64,000 nt of DNA. Origin: Phallusia mammillata. Its lineage: Eukaryota. Under the pieces are notes generated by a model, which searched no databases, was not told where the DNA came from, and was given only the letters and a program-made list of their open reading frames with translations. Positions within the stretch are counted from its first letter, which is position 1; each line of letters starts with the position of its first letter. The stretch covers positions 11,656,001 to 11,720,000 of the forward strand of contig OZ281498.1 of NCBI GenBank assembly GCA_965637545.1, read 5' to 3'. This document shows, in pieces, positions 40,101-51,960 of this stretch. The translations under genes were made by a program, and so were the position numbers.

Positions 40101-42902
40101 GGTGACGCACGTTGTGCTATCGTCTTTCGCCTCTTCTTGCTCCTTAGATATTACCCTGTTAATGTATAGGTTAAAACCTAAAACATTGGGCATTGAAATA
40201 ACCGTGTGGTTGCGTGTCTTACAAAAAAGCGACTGAGGTTTGTTACTAAAGTAAAAGCAAATGGTACTGGAACAATTACGAAATATTTGGGTGTGGTAAT
40301 GTGATAATTGTTTTGATTTAATTATCTAAAAAAAGCGTGTTCGCCAAGTACTTTGATTGCCATTTATTGTAACCATACAAATGTCATTAACTAATCAAAC
40401 AACAAAGTTCTGACCTTGGAAATGCACAGAAGGGCAGAGTTGCAACCACTAGAAGAATTCCTGTGATGAGGTAACCCATCCACCACGCGCCAACCCATAG
40501 AGAATCTTGAGGAAGAACAGGAATGTTTGTTGTGTTTACCCAACCACTGTCCACCCATATGTTGGTCGTCAGGGATCCCAGAATAAAACCGAAAGCAGGA
40601 CCCAACAGCGATAGAGCTGAAACTACCCCTGTAAATACGGGCATTGTGACATTTTTACCATCGTTAGTACAATGGATTATACATTTGAAAACTTATGAAA
40701 CGCTACATACTCTCGGGCATTGTCGATGTTTTACGCCATAGTTCATGTCAAAAAACTTTATAGCTTGTAAAACATTGAGCTGTTGCACATTTTTACGATG
40801 GTTGCAATATGTCATCGAATTATTAGTACAGAATTTCATCACGGAAATGTAACCTACAATCGTGTATTACAGACTACCTCAACAGCCATTTAAGCCACAC
40901 AGGGTGCCTGCTGTGAAGAAAAATGCATTTAGTTGGTTGAGTGGCACTAAGCATTTTTCCTGACATCGACAAACACTTTCCAACTTCTGCCGCAAGCAGA
41001 AGGCTTTCGACAGTAATCTGCGTTCGGCGGTTACGGCTTCAAAACAATAATTTTTGAGTGGCGGGTGGGATTAGGAAACCACTGAACCAACACCGTTCAT
41101 ATTAACGTCCCAGGTGGTATATTCGCTACTTGCCGAAAATCAATGTCAATAAAACAGTTTGCGGCGTATTTGAAAATGTAGAGAGTAATTTCTGTGGCAT
41201 CTTAAAGTTTCTTTGAAAATAAAAATATTTAATGAATAGGTTGTGGGAAACTCACCAATGTAAACGGCTGAATTGCTGCATGATGCGAAGTCATCGATGA
41301 AGGACATGCCCAATGGGTGAAGTGGAGAGTGACCCATACCTTTCAAAACGCTACCGATCGCAATAAACACATACAGGAAAGAATCATCGCCAGAATCGTT
41401 GCCGGCCGTGAGTTCAGTTTTACGAAAATCCTGAATCGCAGCCCAATCCACTTCGGGCATGAGAGCAGGTTTGCAGAGCTGATTTGAACTCTGGTTTGAT
41501 AACATCAGTGAAAAATCTTCGTTTTGTTGAATCTCGGGATTACGGTCATAATCCTGATTCACCTCACTTGTACCGGCCAAGTGCAGCAGCCGAGAATTGC
41601 TTGCTTGTGACATCACGGCTTCGCTACTGTCTTGTGCGGCCCGCATCTGCGCTGACCACAACTGCAAAGTCCGCCGAAGTTTCTGGATATCAGTGATATT
41701 GGCGACGTGCCTCAGTCCTGAGAGCATCGATGTGTCGTTGCTGTTTAGAAAAGCCGTCAAGTTGCTCACAATCATGACAGTTTCGTCGCGTTGAGGTGTT
41801 TCGTCGTTTTCATATTGCCTACTATTGTCTTCGTTATTGCTTGATTGCATAGGTAATAGGTTCATGAGCACAACTTGTCTTGACAAAGCGCCATTTTTGG
41901 GTAGAGCGCGTTCAAGGTCATAGCGATCACCCACAAACTGTGGCATGCATGAGATTAAACTCGAAGCAGCCATCATCAGCGATCCAATTGCAATTGCACG
42001 AGGTCTGTTAGAGGGAAAATCAAATGAATAAAACCCTGCGTAGTGTAAACGTCAGTGCAGATAGACACTGCGCATGATTGTCTCAGCATGCGCTACATAA
42101 CTCATTTCAAATTTTGTAACCGAACCTAAGCAACAGCAAACCAACAAACCTGTGCCATTTCGACCCATAATAACTGACGAATAAAATGACGCTTAGGTTA
42201 CCGATGTGAAAACAACTTTGTAAAACTCCAATTGAAAATGTGTTAAGGCGGTATCTTCGTTCAATCGATGTCAAAGCGCTTTTGCTGTATCTATCCAAAA
42301 CAAGCGCAAGGTATTTGATGGTGGATGCACAACAATGCAGCACAGAGCACTAAACACCCGCCGGCCATATCTAATTTCGACAAGCTCGTGTTTGGTGTCT
42401 TCAAATTCTTAAACTGTAAACAACTATTGTGTTTACATAAACAGTTTTTTGTCAGAAAAACAAATGTCGTTTAAAGTTGAACTATCTTGGTAACGGTTAG
42501 AAGGCATTATGTTTAATTTTTGCATATGTGCAATAATGATTCTGGCAATCCTGAAGTCACGTTTGAAGATATAGAACGCCAATATGTAACTATAAATTGC
42601 TGATGTAAACAATATTTTAGCTGCCAAATAGTTACTTACCCACTTCCCATTACTTGAACGAGTTGCAAAAGTGACAAACAAGCCACAAATGTACGAACGC
42701 GCAGAAAAACTGGGGTTGAATTTGTGTTTCGATGCAGTTGATCTTTTCCCTTTTCCATTTTCAGTTTTGTGGAACCACACTTTTTAATGTTTTCCTCCAT
42801 CAGGTTTTTCTTCTCCGTGCAACCGTTTGTGCAACTCTGTGAGCTCACTTTTTGCGTCAACAAGTTATTTTGTTCTTGATCTAATTTACCATTTTCTTTC
42901 AT
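34103..42902 (-). CDS. SLCO: Organic anion transporting polypeptide, SLCO2-like
   Basis: Exons 42902-42640, 42290-42150, 42004-41256, 40628-40415, 40155-39617, 39192-39028, 37800-37608, 37321-37192 (Kazal: CIGSCACTDTYSPVCDVTMNITYRSACHAGC), 36921-36700, 36419-36273, 34252-34103. Motifs SLLQLVQVMGSGYSKSALTSIERRY, FVSYYG, WVGAWW, RVLAWIPAP; the TM1 sequence resembles remembered SLCO2A1/2B1. Confidence 0.92.
35528..36208. mobile_element. hAT (Buster-type) non-autonomous element, 681 bp, in the last SLCO intron
   Basis: TIR CAGGGGTGTCAAACTCG / CGAGTTTGACACCCCTG; TSD ACGTAAAT at 35520-35527 and 36209-36216. Confidence 0.92.
37841..38269. mobile_element. TAG-ended hAT-like MITE with CCGAA/TTCGG subterminal repeats
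   Basis: TIR TAGTGATGCACCGAA / TTCGGTGCATCACTA; TSD GTTTTGTA at 37833-37840 and 38270-38277; inserted ~40 nt from an SLCO splice acceptor. Confidence 0.9.
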
Positions 42903-44777
42903 TGTGCTGTTTCGTTCCGCTTTCGCAGCCGTGCAATTTAACCTTTGGAAGCAGTGGCTTGGTACAATGCAGTTAACAAAACTCTATCGTAGAAAAACAA
43001 GAGGCGATTAGAGAGGGTCGTTTTAAATTATGCATTGCGTTCGCCTTCCTTGTCCGTTCCACCGAACCACGCTTAAGTCGATCGAATCCGACTGACCGTC
43101 ACGCATCCTGAAAGACTACATTAGCAGACAAGCGATGTGATCTCATAAACGATATCGAGGCAAAGCGGTGTCTATTGCGTTAAAATCTGAGGCTTCTGTA
43201 CGTAAAAATAGCTAATAAACGACGGTTCTTTGTTGTACCCGGTTTCTAGCTTCGGGTTACACAACAAACCTTGAAACTCTCTTGCATATTAACACGATTT
43301 GATGTAAAAATCGGTGCTAATGCAAACAATGCCTGTTGGTAACTAAATTTCCCACGGTACTGCAGTGATCTCAAAATAAGTGCACATCGTTAACAAACTC
43401 CTTAAAAAAACTTCCCCTTTAAATCGTCTTGCTCGTCGATGCGACACGGCTGCGCAAGTGGCCAATGCCCTATATCGGCGCCGAGACTGCTTCTTAGTGG
43501 GTCGATGGGGAAAAAGGAAAGGAAATGTTTACTTAAAAACCGTTGTCTTTTTCCCGGCTCACAAAAACACTTAACTGCTGTAAACACGTTGCTGTTACAA
43601 CTAGTAGCGGAACGTCAGCGTTCTAATTTACTAACGTGTTGTCTGACAGCTTACCCTGCATAAGCGGATCATTGGTAAGTGTGAAGTGAAGGCCTGCGTA
43701 CCGAAGGATTGACGCCATGGAGAGAAAAATCAATTCGTAGCCTTTACTGCGGTCCACACTGAACTTGCTTTTCGAAAGAATCTATTTTTAAAGCACTCCG
43801 GGTGGTCGTAACTTTGTGCCGCCTTGACTAGTTTAGGGCTCGTTGCTTGTTGGTGTAAAGACCAGCTTAAGAAATAAAGTAAACTCATTAAAAAATCAGA
43901 AACTTCCAATACTGCTCCTAAAGAAACAGCAATAATCATTCAGTTCGATGTAAAGTATAAAAAACTCTTCCGGGCTACTTTCGTGTTAACAGCGTAAATA
44001 CAAAAAATGCGTAAAATCGCACCCAGTAAATATATCAAAAAGCGCGCCTTAGCCCAACCATGATCTTACTACACATTTTTAAACATTTAATAATCTGCTG
44101 TAAGCTATTAAACGCTAAAATCAAGAGGAATAAACGCCAACAGTTTCCAGTTTAAAGAATCTTTGCAATTTTTGTCCATCGATGAACGATTAGGACCAAC
44201 TTGTAAATTTCGATCGATGCGATTCCCTAGCGTCCTGTGTTTGATCTTTAGACGGCCAAATCCCAGGAGTTGACTTAATTGCTTGCCGTGATTGGCTATT
44301 TTAAAGAAAATGTTCCGAGACGAAAAAAACTTTAACAGAACTAAGTTAGGATAATTTGAATACCATTAGTTTTCTAAGTCGTGTAGGCCTATACGTTTAA
44401 GCGTTTTTGTTTTGTGTTTTGTTTATTTTTTTCAAAGCATTGCACCAGCAGGTAGCGAATAATTGTCGCAGCAAAACGATACAAATACCATGTCTGCAAT
44501 TCGTCAGTTCATAAATTTATTGCTCTTTGTCACTGTTGGTGGTGAATAAAATACATTGAAAAATTGAAAATGTGTATTTGAGGAATGCAAGGCGCTACAG
44601 TATGTATGGTACAAATCATAGGTATTTGGTTGAAATAATGTTGAAAGATAAGATAAAAGACAAAAGAAACAGAATAAAAACAATGAATTACAGCTTAGTA
44701 TTAATTGTAATGCATTTACAATGTAAAAGACTTTAATTCCAAAATTTAGCACACCCCTGCTTATCTTTAATATAGAC

Positions 44778-45013
44778 CAGTGGTCGGCAACCGCCGGTCC
44801 GCGGCCCGGTACCGGTCCGCGAGGAGTTCGTTACCGGGCCGTATAGGTTTTCAGGTTAAATCCTATTAAACATTTTGCCCATGTATCCTGGGGATGATAA
44901 ACTAATTTAGGCGTTTTTATTGCTAAATATATGTAGTTTTTTTGAAGACCGGTCCGCGATAAAATTTTAGTTTCAAAAACGGTCCGCAGTGCAAAAAAGG
45001 TTGCCGACCCCTG
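44778..45013. mobile_element. hAT MITE family 1 copy 2, opposite orientation to 8515-8749
   Basis: Same internal sequence as 8515-8749 in reverse complement; TSD ATATAGAC at 44770-44777 and 45014-45021. Confidence 0.92.
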
Positions 45014-45343
45014 ATATAGACGACAAAACCTTACATCTTTACTGCAAATACTGAATTGTGGTTGTAAATAAGAAATATATATGGGTACAGATGGGTGAAA
45101 CAGATGGAGATAGGTATACTTCGTATGTTTTTTATCTTATTCCAGGGCCTTCTTTAGTAAATGTTTCAAACCCGTTAAAATAACAGTTTAAGAAATGTAT
45201 TATGTTGTAAAAAGCTTTACGATTTTTACTATCTTTTTAAAATGGGCAATTTTATTTATCATAAACAATCAGAAGCGAGTATATGCTCAGAAGTTTCGAT
45301 TAACCGAAAAATGAGTACATTTATCGCAGCAACTTGGCACAAA

Positions 45344-46306
45344 TCACGGAGCTGTTCTTTCACAAATAGCGCGTTGATTTCTATGGCAAGAATGATCGTC
45401 CATAAGGTATTGGTTCGGGCCGATGTGTCCGCAATCCACTGGCGGACTTCCGCCCCCACTATTGTTGGGCTCACCTGATGCCCAATGTGTATTTTCCTCT
45501 GTGGCCATGACACCATCAACCCACTTCCAGCTTCCTTCAACGTCGATGTCGCTCAGACCGATCCAATAATACTGCGGCCCGTGTGGCTTTACCAAGTGCT
45601 CTATGATATCTCTAAAATTACAAAAATCTTAATTAGGAAGAAATTTAAAGTTTAGAAAAACTTTTATGTTTACAACTAACTTAAGTTTTCAAACAAAAAT
45701 CGTATTGAATATGAGAAAACTGGTACGTTGAGATTAACGTTCGTTGTACTAATTATATAATGTTTCGTGCTTGCACTAAAAATTAAACCCTCCATATACT
45801 TGCGTGTTTGTGGATCTCTCATTCCACTTGTCACCAAATCACCACCAATGGATTGACAATATGTTCTGGCTTCTTGCCATGAGCTCAGAGTGGTACGGAC
45901 GTGGTATTGCTTCAGAATTGGTTTCCAAACTGACCCTATAAAATAGTTACACATCAAACAGACATAAAGACGTATTGGGAATTAAGATTTAGTTTTTGTA
46001 CAGCCAGCCATTACCTGTTAAAGTTCGCAGTTTCTGTTCTACATTTGAGATACGTTTTGTAGATTGTATTCCAGGCTGACCCCTAGGCCCAGGCAGACCA
46101 ACATGGCCAGGTGGACCGGATGGACCCACGGGTCCCGGATTTCCTGGAGGTCCTTGCTTTCCCGGCCTTCCCTGCATTGAAGACATATTGTATGCAGGAG
46201 ATGTCCACAAAGATCTTGCAGTTTTGCAAACAAGAATTTCATCATTTTCAGCGTGAGACAACACTTTTACAACTACGTTGATTAATACCCAAATCAAAAA
46301 CTTCAT
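45344..46306 (-). CDS. Lectin A: secreted collectin (signal peptide, Cys, 12 Gly-X-Y triplets, neck, EPN C-type CRD)
   Basis: Exons 46306-46015, 45935-45800, 45611-45344 in frame; [36 protein letters not shown]; [22 protein letters not shown]. Confidence 0.92.
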
Positions 46307-46393
46307 GGCTTAACTTTATAATGTCCTTTAAAATAAATATTTATAGAATAAAATAAAATAATCCCCGCTCATTGACTTTAAAAAAGATTAAAG

Positions 46394-46561
46394 CAGTGGT
46401 TCTTAACCTTTTTCCTTGCTGCACCCCTTTTAAATCACCAACCAATTTTCGCACCCCCTTTTGTAATTGCCTAAATAATAAAACCATTGTAAATAAATTT
46501 TTATACAAGCATGCCCGCACACCCTAGAAACAGTTCTCGCAACCCTGGTTAAGAACCCCTG
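46394..46561. mobile_element. hAT (Buster-type) MITE 87 bp upstream of the lectin A start codon
   Basis: TIR CAGTGGTTCTTAACC / GGTTAAGAACCCCTG; TSD GATTAAAG at 46386-46393 and 46562-46569. Confidence 0.9.
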
Positions 46562-46788
46562 GATTAAAGAAACACTGTTTTTATTGCGCGACGTGCTTAT
46601 AAGTTTCAAGTGTAATTCATTTTAAAGTTGAAGCAATTTCGTTTACAGTAGTTGTTTCTTTTGCCATACTATTCGTTAAATTGTGCCGTTAATCTCGATT
46701 GGTTTCAGAGCAGTTATTCCCTTATATATTTACACACTGTTTTCCCTAAACTATTTGCAACTTTTCCCACGTTTTACCGTGCTGCAAC

Positions 46789-47283
46789 CAGGGAGTCGAA
46801 CTGGAACTGAACCCGAACCCGCGAACCGGTTTGAGCGATTAATTTCATTAAAACCGAACCGAACCCGAACCGCTAATCACGATTTTCTAAAAACTCGAAC
46901 CGGAGTTGAATCCTATTTTTTGTTTGGCGTTGGACGCCGTTGGATTTTTATTTTTGTGACTTTTTTTCAAAACAGCGTACTGAAGAATACGCGAGATAAC
47001 ACTTATAGGGCGTGTCAAAAATAACAGTGCACGGTCAAAAATATTTTGGAGTTTGATAAGGCCAAGTAGATGATGGGTAGAATTAAATTGAAACGAATGA
47101 AAATTTGAACCGGTTTAAAAACCGCAAACCGGTTTGGAGCGGATAATTTGCCCAAACCGGAACAAAACCCGAACCCGAAAATATACATTTTTGAAAACCT
47201 GAACCGAACCCGAACCCTTAAAAACAAAACCAAGTGAACCCGAACCGAACTTGAACCCATATGACAAGCGATTCGATTCCCTG
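46789..47283. mobile_element. hAT-like MITE with GAACCG/GAACCC subterminal repeats
   Basis: TIR CAGGGAGTCGAA / TTCGATTCCCTG; TSD GCTGCAAC at 46781-46788 and 47284-47291. Confidence 0.88.
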
Positions 47284-47475
47284 GCTGCAACCCAACAAAA
47301 AATAAATAAATAAAACGGCGTACAAAAATTTTCTTTATAAATGCTTAGTAAGACCTAGTAAGATTTTTGCACTATTTTTAAATATTTTACAACTAATATT
47401 TAAACAAGTCTACAAAATCATGCTTTACTTTCAAGGCCTAGAACATTGTTTTCAAATCTTTGCCACGGCCTAGAA

Positions 47476-47899
47476 CAGTGGTTCCCAACCTGGGGTCTCG
47501 CGGACATTAGGGGATCCGTAGAGGCAAACAGTACAATATTTTTAAGTTTCCAAACCGTTTTTACCATCCCGCAAGAAAGTGCAGACTGTTATTAAACCTT
47601 TGGAAAAAGAAAACTTACTTTTGTATGATTGTTACATCACAACACACATGAACAATGTAACTTTTAGCGTATATTGCTTTGTTTCAAGTATTGTACACCA
47701 GAAACTGCTTCTTCGTTGCATTGACTGCTAATACAGAACTTTATTGAGATTTAAGGACTGTGGCCGTTGATTAAAATTCTGCCCAAAAAAGCGAAAATAT
47801 AATGCAGGAAACAAAAAACATAACAAGACTAAATTACTTCCGCGGACCTATAAAATTTATTAAAGGGGTCCGTGACTACAAAAAGGTTGGGAACCACTG
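47476..47899. mobile_element. hAT (Buster-type) MITE (duplicated at 48744-49167; relative at 54550-55032)
   Basis: TIR CAGTGGTTCCCAACC / GGTTGGGAACCACTG; TSD GCCTAGAA at 47468-47475 and 47900-47907. Confidence 0.92.
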
Positions 47900-47971
47900 G
47901 CCTAGAACATTGTTTTCAAATCTTTGCCACGGCCCAGAACATTGTTTTCAAATCTTTGCCAATGTCTTGAA

Positions 47972-48194
47972 CAGGGGTCAACAAACTACGGCCCGCGTGG
48001 TCATTTCTCATAAGATGAGACTAACTATACAGTTTAACAGTTGCATTCACCAGCATATCTTGACGCACCTATAAAAATCGCCTCGCAAACTAAGTTTGGA
48101 AAGACGGCACTAGGGCATGAAAACTCTGCGGCCCGCGCGAATCATTATTATTAATCTTATCCGGCCCGCAGTGAAAAAAGTTTGGTGACCCCTT
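47972..48194. mobile_element. Older hAT MITE (duplicated at 49240-49462)
   Basis: Imperfect TIR CAGGGGTCAACAAAC / GTTTGGTGACCCCTT; degenerate TSD GTCTTGAA / GCCTAGAA (6 of 8 match). Confidence 0.75.
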
Positions 48195-51100
48195 GCCTAG
48201 AACATTGTTTTCAAATCTTTTTTCTCATGCCTCAGCAATTTCATTTAAAAAAAACTTCAAAACCTTTATGCGGTGAAACAAAATCGTATTATTTCAAAAA
48301 ATCAGCTTCTTCACATTAAAAAACCTAACACAATAACAAGGTTTGAACAAAGTACAAAACCAACAGGAACCTCAAGTTGAGAAACACTGCTTTGCACACA
48401 ACTGAGCTGTATGAACTTGAAAAAAATATTTTTACGCACAGCAGGATTCAACACACACAGCTGTTGCTGAACCGAACCCGAACCCTTAAAAACAAAACCA
48501 AGTGAACCCGAACCGAACTTGAACCCATATGACAAGCGATTCGATTCCCTGGCTGCAACCCAACAGAAAATAAATAAATAAAACGGCGTACAAAAATTTT
48601 CTTTATAAATGCTTAGTAAGACCTAGTAAGATTTTTGCACTATTTTTAAATATTTTACAACTAATATTTAAACAAGTCTACAAAATCATGCTTTACTTTC
48701 AAGGCCTAGAACATTGTTTTCAAATCTTTGCCACGGCCTAGAACAGTGGTTCCCAACCTGGGGTCTCGCGGACATTAGGGGATCCGTAGAGGCAAACAGT
48801 ACAATATTTTTAAGTTTCCAAACCGTTTTTACCATCCCGCAAGAAAGTGCAGACTGTTATTAAACCTTTGGAAAAAGAAAACTTACTTTTGTATGATTGT
48901 TACATCACAACACACATGAACAATGTAACTTTTAGCGTATATTGCTTTGTTTCAAGTATTGTACACCAGAAACTGCTTCTTCGTTGCATTGACTGCTAAT
49001 ACAGAACTTTATTGAGATTTAAGGACTGTGGCCGTTGATTAAAATTCTGCCCAAAAAAGCGAAAATATAATGCAGGAAACAAAAAACATAACAAGACTAA
49101 ATTACTTCCGCGGACCTATAAAATTTATTAAAGGGGTCCGTGACTACAAAAAGGTTGGGAACCACTGGCCTAGAACATTGTTTTCAAATCTTTGCCACGG
49201 CCCAGAACATTGTTTTCAAATCTTTGCCAATGTCTTGAACAGGGATCAACAAACTACGGCCCGCGTGGTCATTTCTCATAAGATGAGACTAACTATACAG
49301 TTTAACAGTTGCATTCACCAGCATATCTTGACGCACCTATAAAAATCGCCTCGCAAACTAAGTTTGGAAAGACGGCACTAGGGCATGAAAACTCTGCGGC
49401 CCGCGCGAATCATTATTATTAATCTTATCCGGCCCGCAGTGAAAAAAGTTTGGTGACCCCTTGCCTAGAACATTGTTTTCAAATCTTTTTTCTCATGCCT
49501 CAGCAATTTCATTTAAAAAAACTTCAAAACCTTTATGCGGTGAAACAAAATCGTATTATTTCAAAAAATCAGCTTCTTCACATTAAAAACCTAACACAAT
49601 AACAAGGTTTGAACAAAGTACAAAACCAACATGAACCTCAAGTTGAGAAACACTGCTTTGCACACAACTGAGCTGTATGAACTTGAAAAAAATATTTTTA
49701 CGCACAGCAGGATTCAACACACACAGCTGTTGCCACTTCCTCAATACGCATTTTCAGCATTTAATTCTGCTGATTGTACCCGGCCAGATGTTTTAATGGT
49801 GGTGGGAGAAAGTGTCTGACTCCTCAACGACGTTGAACTAGCACACTGAAAAAAGTCGAATCTAAAATAACGTCATATGGACGTTACTCGTAGAGCTACG
49901 ATTGGTGCACCGCTACTCTACGTCATAACAATAAACAAACAACTAAAGTGACAAAATAAAACTGTGGTAAATATCATTCACTGTGGAAAATTATTAATGA
50001 TGTGCGAGAGATTCGATTTGCTCATTTTTTTGGGCGAATCAGCGGCTTTTCAAAAATAGCCGATTTGGACCAAATTACAAATATATTTTGGGATCTTGCA
50101 ACCTAAATATCGCAATAAATTTCGCGCAAAACATGTGTTTCCATCTAATTACGTAACACAAAATCTAATCTTGGCAATTGTATTTGGCCCCACAGTGACA
50201 AAGGTTGCACACCCCTGGTTTACACCATCCTCTTTTATGTGAGCCGCTATATCAGGTCTATACTCAATTAGTTTTGTGAAAGGCCCAGACAGAAAAAGTA
50301 AAAATACCAAAGGTCTGGACACTTCTGTCAATAATGCAAATGCAACATGTCTTCGCCTATTTTAGTTATAGGTAATGTGTAAAATCTTGGCCAAGATCAA
50401 CACATTTGTTTAAGCCGAATGGTTCTGTTTGCAAAACAAAAGCTTGAATTGGGCACTATACATTAAATTACTCCTCGCGAGAGTATTGACACAACGACAC
50501 ACAAAATACAGTTTATCTAGTTTGGCAGGATTACTTCGTAAGGTTATGATTCAAAATTCAGTTTATTGCGTCATAGATATATTTGTGCGCAATAAAATTT
50601 TGTTAATAATGCACTGGAATAATGGACGATTTTGTCGTCACAAAGTTGTCAATCTGGCCTTTCAAGATTTTGGAAATACTATAGGCTCCTCGCGGTACTC
50701 GGAGAATCGCTATGCGGACTCGAGTTAACTGTCGCTACATAGCAACGATCACGAAATTAACACACAATATAGCCACATCTAATACCCCAAAGGTCCGGAT
50801 AAGGACCGCGGTCCACCATTTGGGTTGCCCTGCGCTATATGCAGCCTTGCACTCATGGCTGGAAGGGAAAACGTGATTACGTCAAAACCGAACACGCCTT
50901 TGTGTGAGGCCACAAATCGTTTAGTTGTTTCGGCTTAGTTTCTTTGTCACTACTACCGATTATTCGGTTTCGTTCAGGAAAATATTTGTACATATTACTT
51001 ATTCGGTACATCACCAGAAAATATCCTAACGTCTTATCTCATTAAACAAAATGCTAGTAAATTATAATTTGTATAAATAAGACACTGAAGATGCTTGCAT

Positions 51101-51250
51101 AAGCGAAATAATATTTTCTGTCTATGATAGCTGACTGATTATAGTCTAAAAATAAATGTTTCCAAACTTGTGGCTATTAAACAAACGTTTAGTAAATACC
51201 AATAGGTGGCGCAAAGAGCATATTGTCCAAAATCTCTGGAAATGCTGACG

Positions 51251-51369
51251 GATAGGGGGCAGGAACTTGACCGAATGGTCTAGCGCGCCTGACCCATATA
51301 CAGACATAAAAAACCTGATTGAGATTCGTCCCCGGGAGTGCCCTGGGTTCGAACCCCGTGAAAAAAAAG
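51251..51369 (+). mobile_element. tRNA-derived SINE-like element, copy 1
   Basis: A-box-like TGACCGAATGGTCTAGCGCG and B-box GGGTTCGAACCC followed by an A8 tract; second copy at 63934-64000; possible short TSD GCTGACG (51244-51250 and 51370-51376). Confidence 0.65.
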
Positions 51370-51960
51370 GCTGACGCTTAGGACTATTTGGGTGTGGTTT
51401 GGTAGTTAAATGACGTTGTAAGAATGTAACTATTGCGAAAACTAATGTTTAACGCACTTAACTAGCCATGTGTGTCGTTTCACGCCACTTATCCGCATTT
51501 ATTAATTATTTTCAAATGTGAGTTATAATGTTAGTAGTTCTTCTTCTACCATCACATACAAATTTAAAACATCTTGCGAATTTTATCATTTAAAGTCTAT
51601 TTAGTGTTAGTGGTATATGCTTACTATAGTTTTGGAACTGCTGTCGTAAAGTTTACATTGCATTTCTACAATAAGACAAAAAGACGATTCGAATATGCAA
51701 TTTTTAAATTAAGTCTGACTTATTTTTTGATTTGTTGCGAAAAATAGGACTGATGCAAGCGTTAACACGAAAGTAATTGCATGTAAAACGATTTAACAAC
51801 GAAAAGTTGGAATAGCAAATGTGCGAAATTTACTCACCGTTTCGGTCCCCCAAAACACCTTAAAAAAACACTGCATGGGTGTAAATGAAATCAAAATGAT
51901 ACAACTTAAGATCATAAACTCAGGAACATAATGTGATACAATGCCTTTAAAAACTTGTGA

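Larger units (their letters stand above)
47199..49732. repeat. Direct tandem duplication of ~1268 bp (47199-48466 and 48467-49732)
   Basis: Near-identical copies; by eye I found 3 substitutions and two 1-bp homopolymer differences; identical ORF-track peptides at 47802 and 49070 except one residue. Confidence 0.95.

Noticed and set aside
47436-48225. CRISPR-like array of 32-bp repeats
   Set aside because: The apparent spacers are 0, 223 or 424 bp and are MITEs with TIRs; the context is eukaryotic and there are no cas genes.
47802-49342. Twin 90-aa ORFs (MQETKN...) and 47015-47290 / 48311-48535 ORFs
   Set aside because: They run across MITE termini and repeats inside the tandem duplication and have no protein-like motifs.
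51256-51368. Functional intron-containing tRNA gene
   Set aside because: No 3' anticodon-stem or acceptor-stem complement, a mispaired T-stem and an A-tract end; better explained as a SINE.
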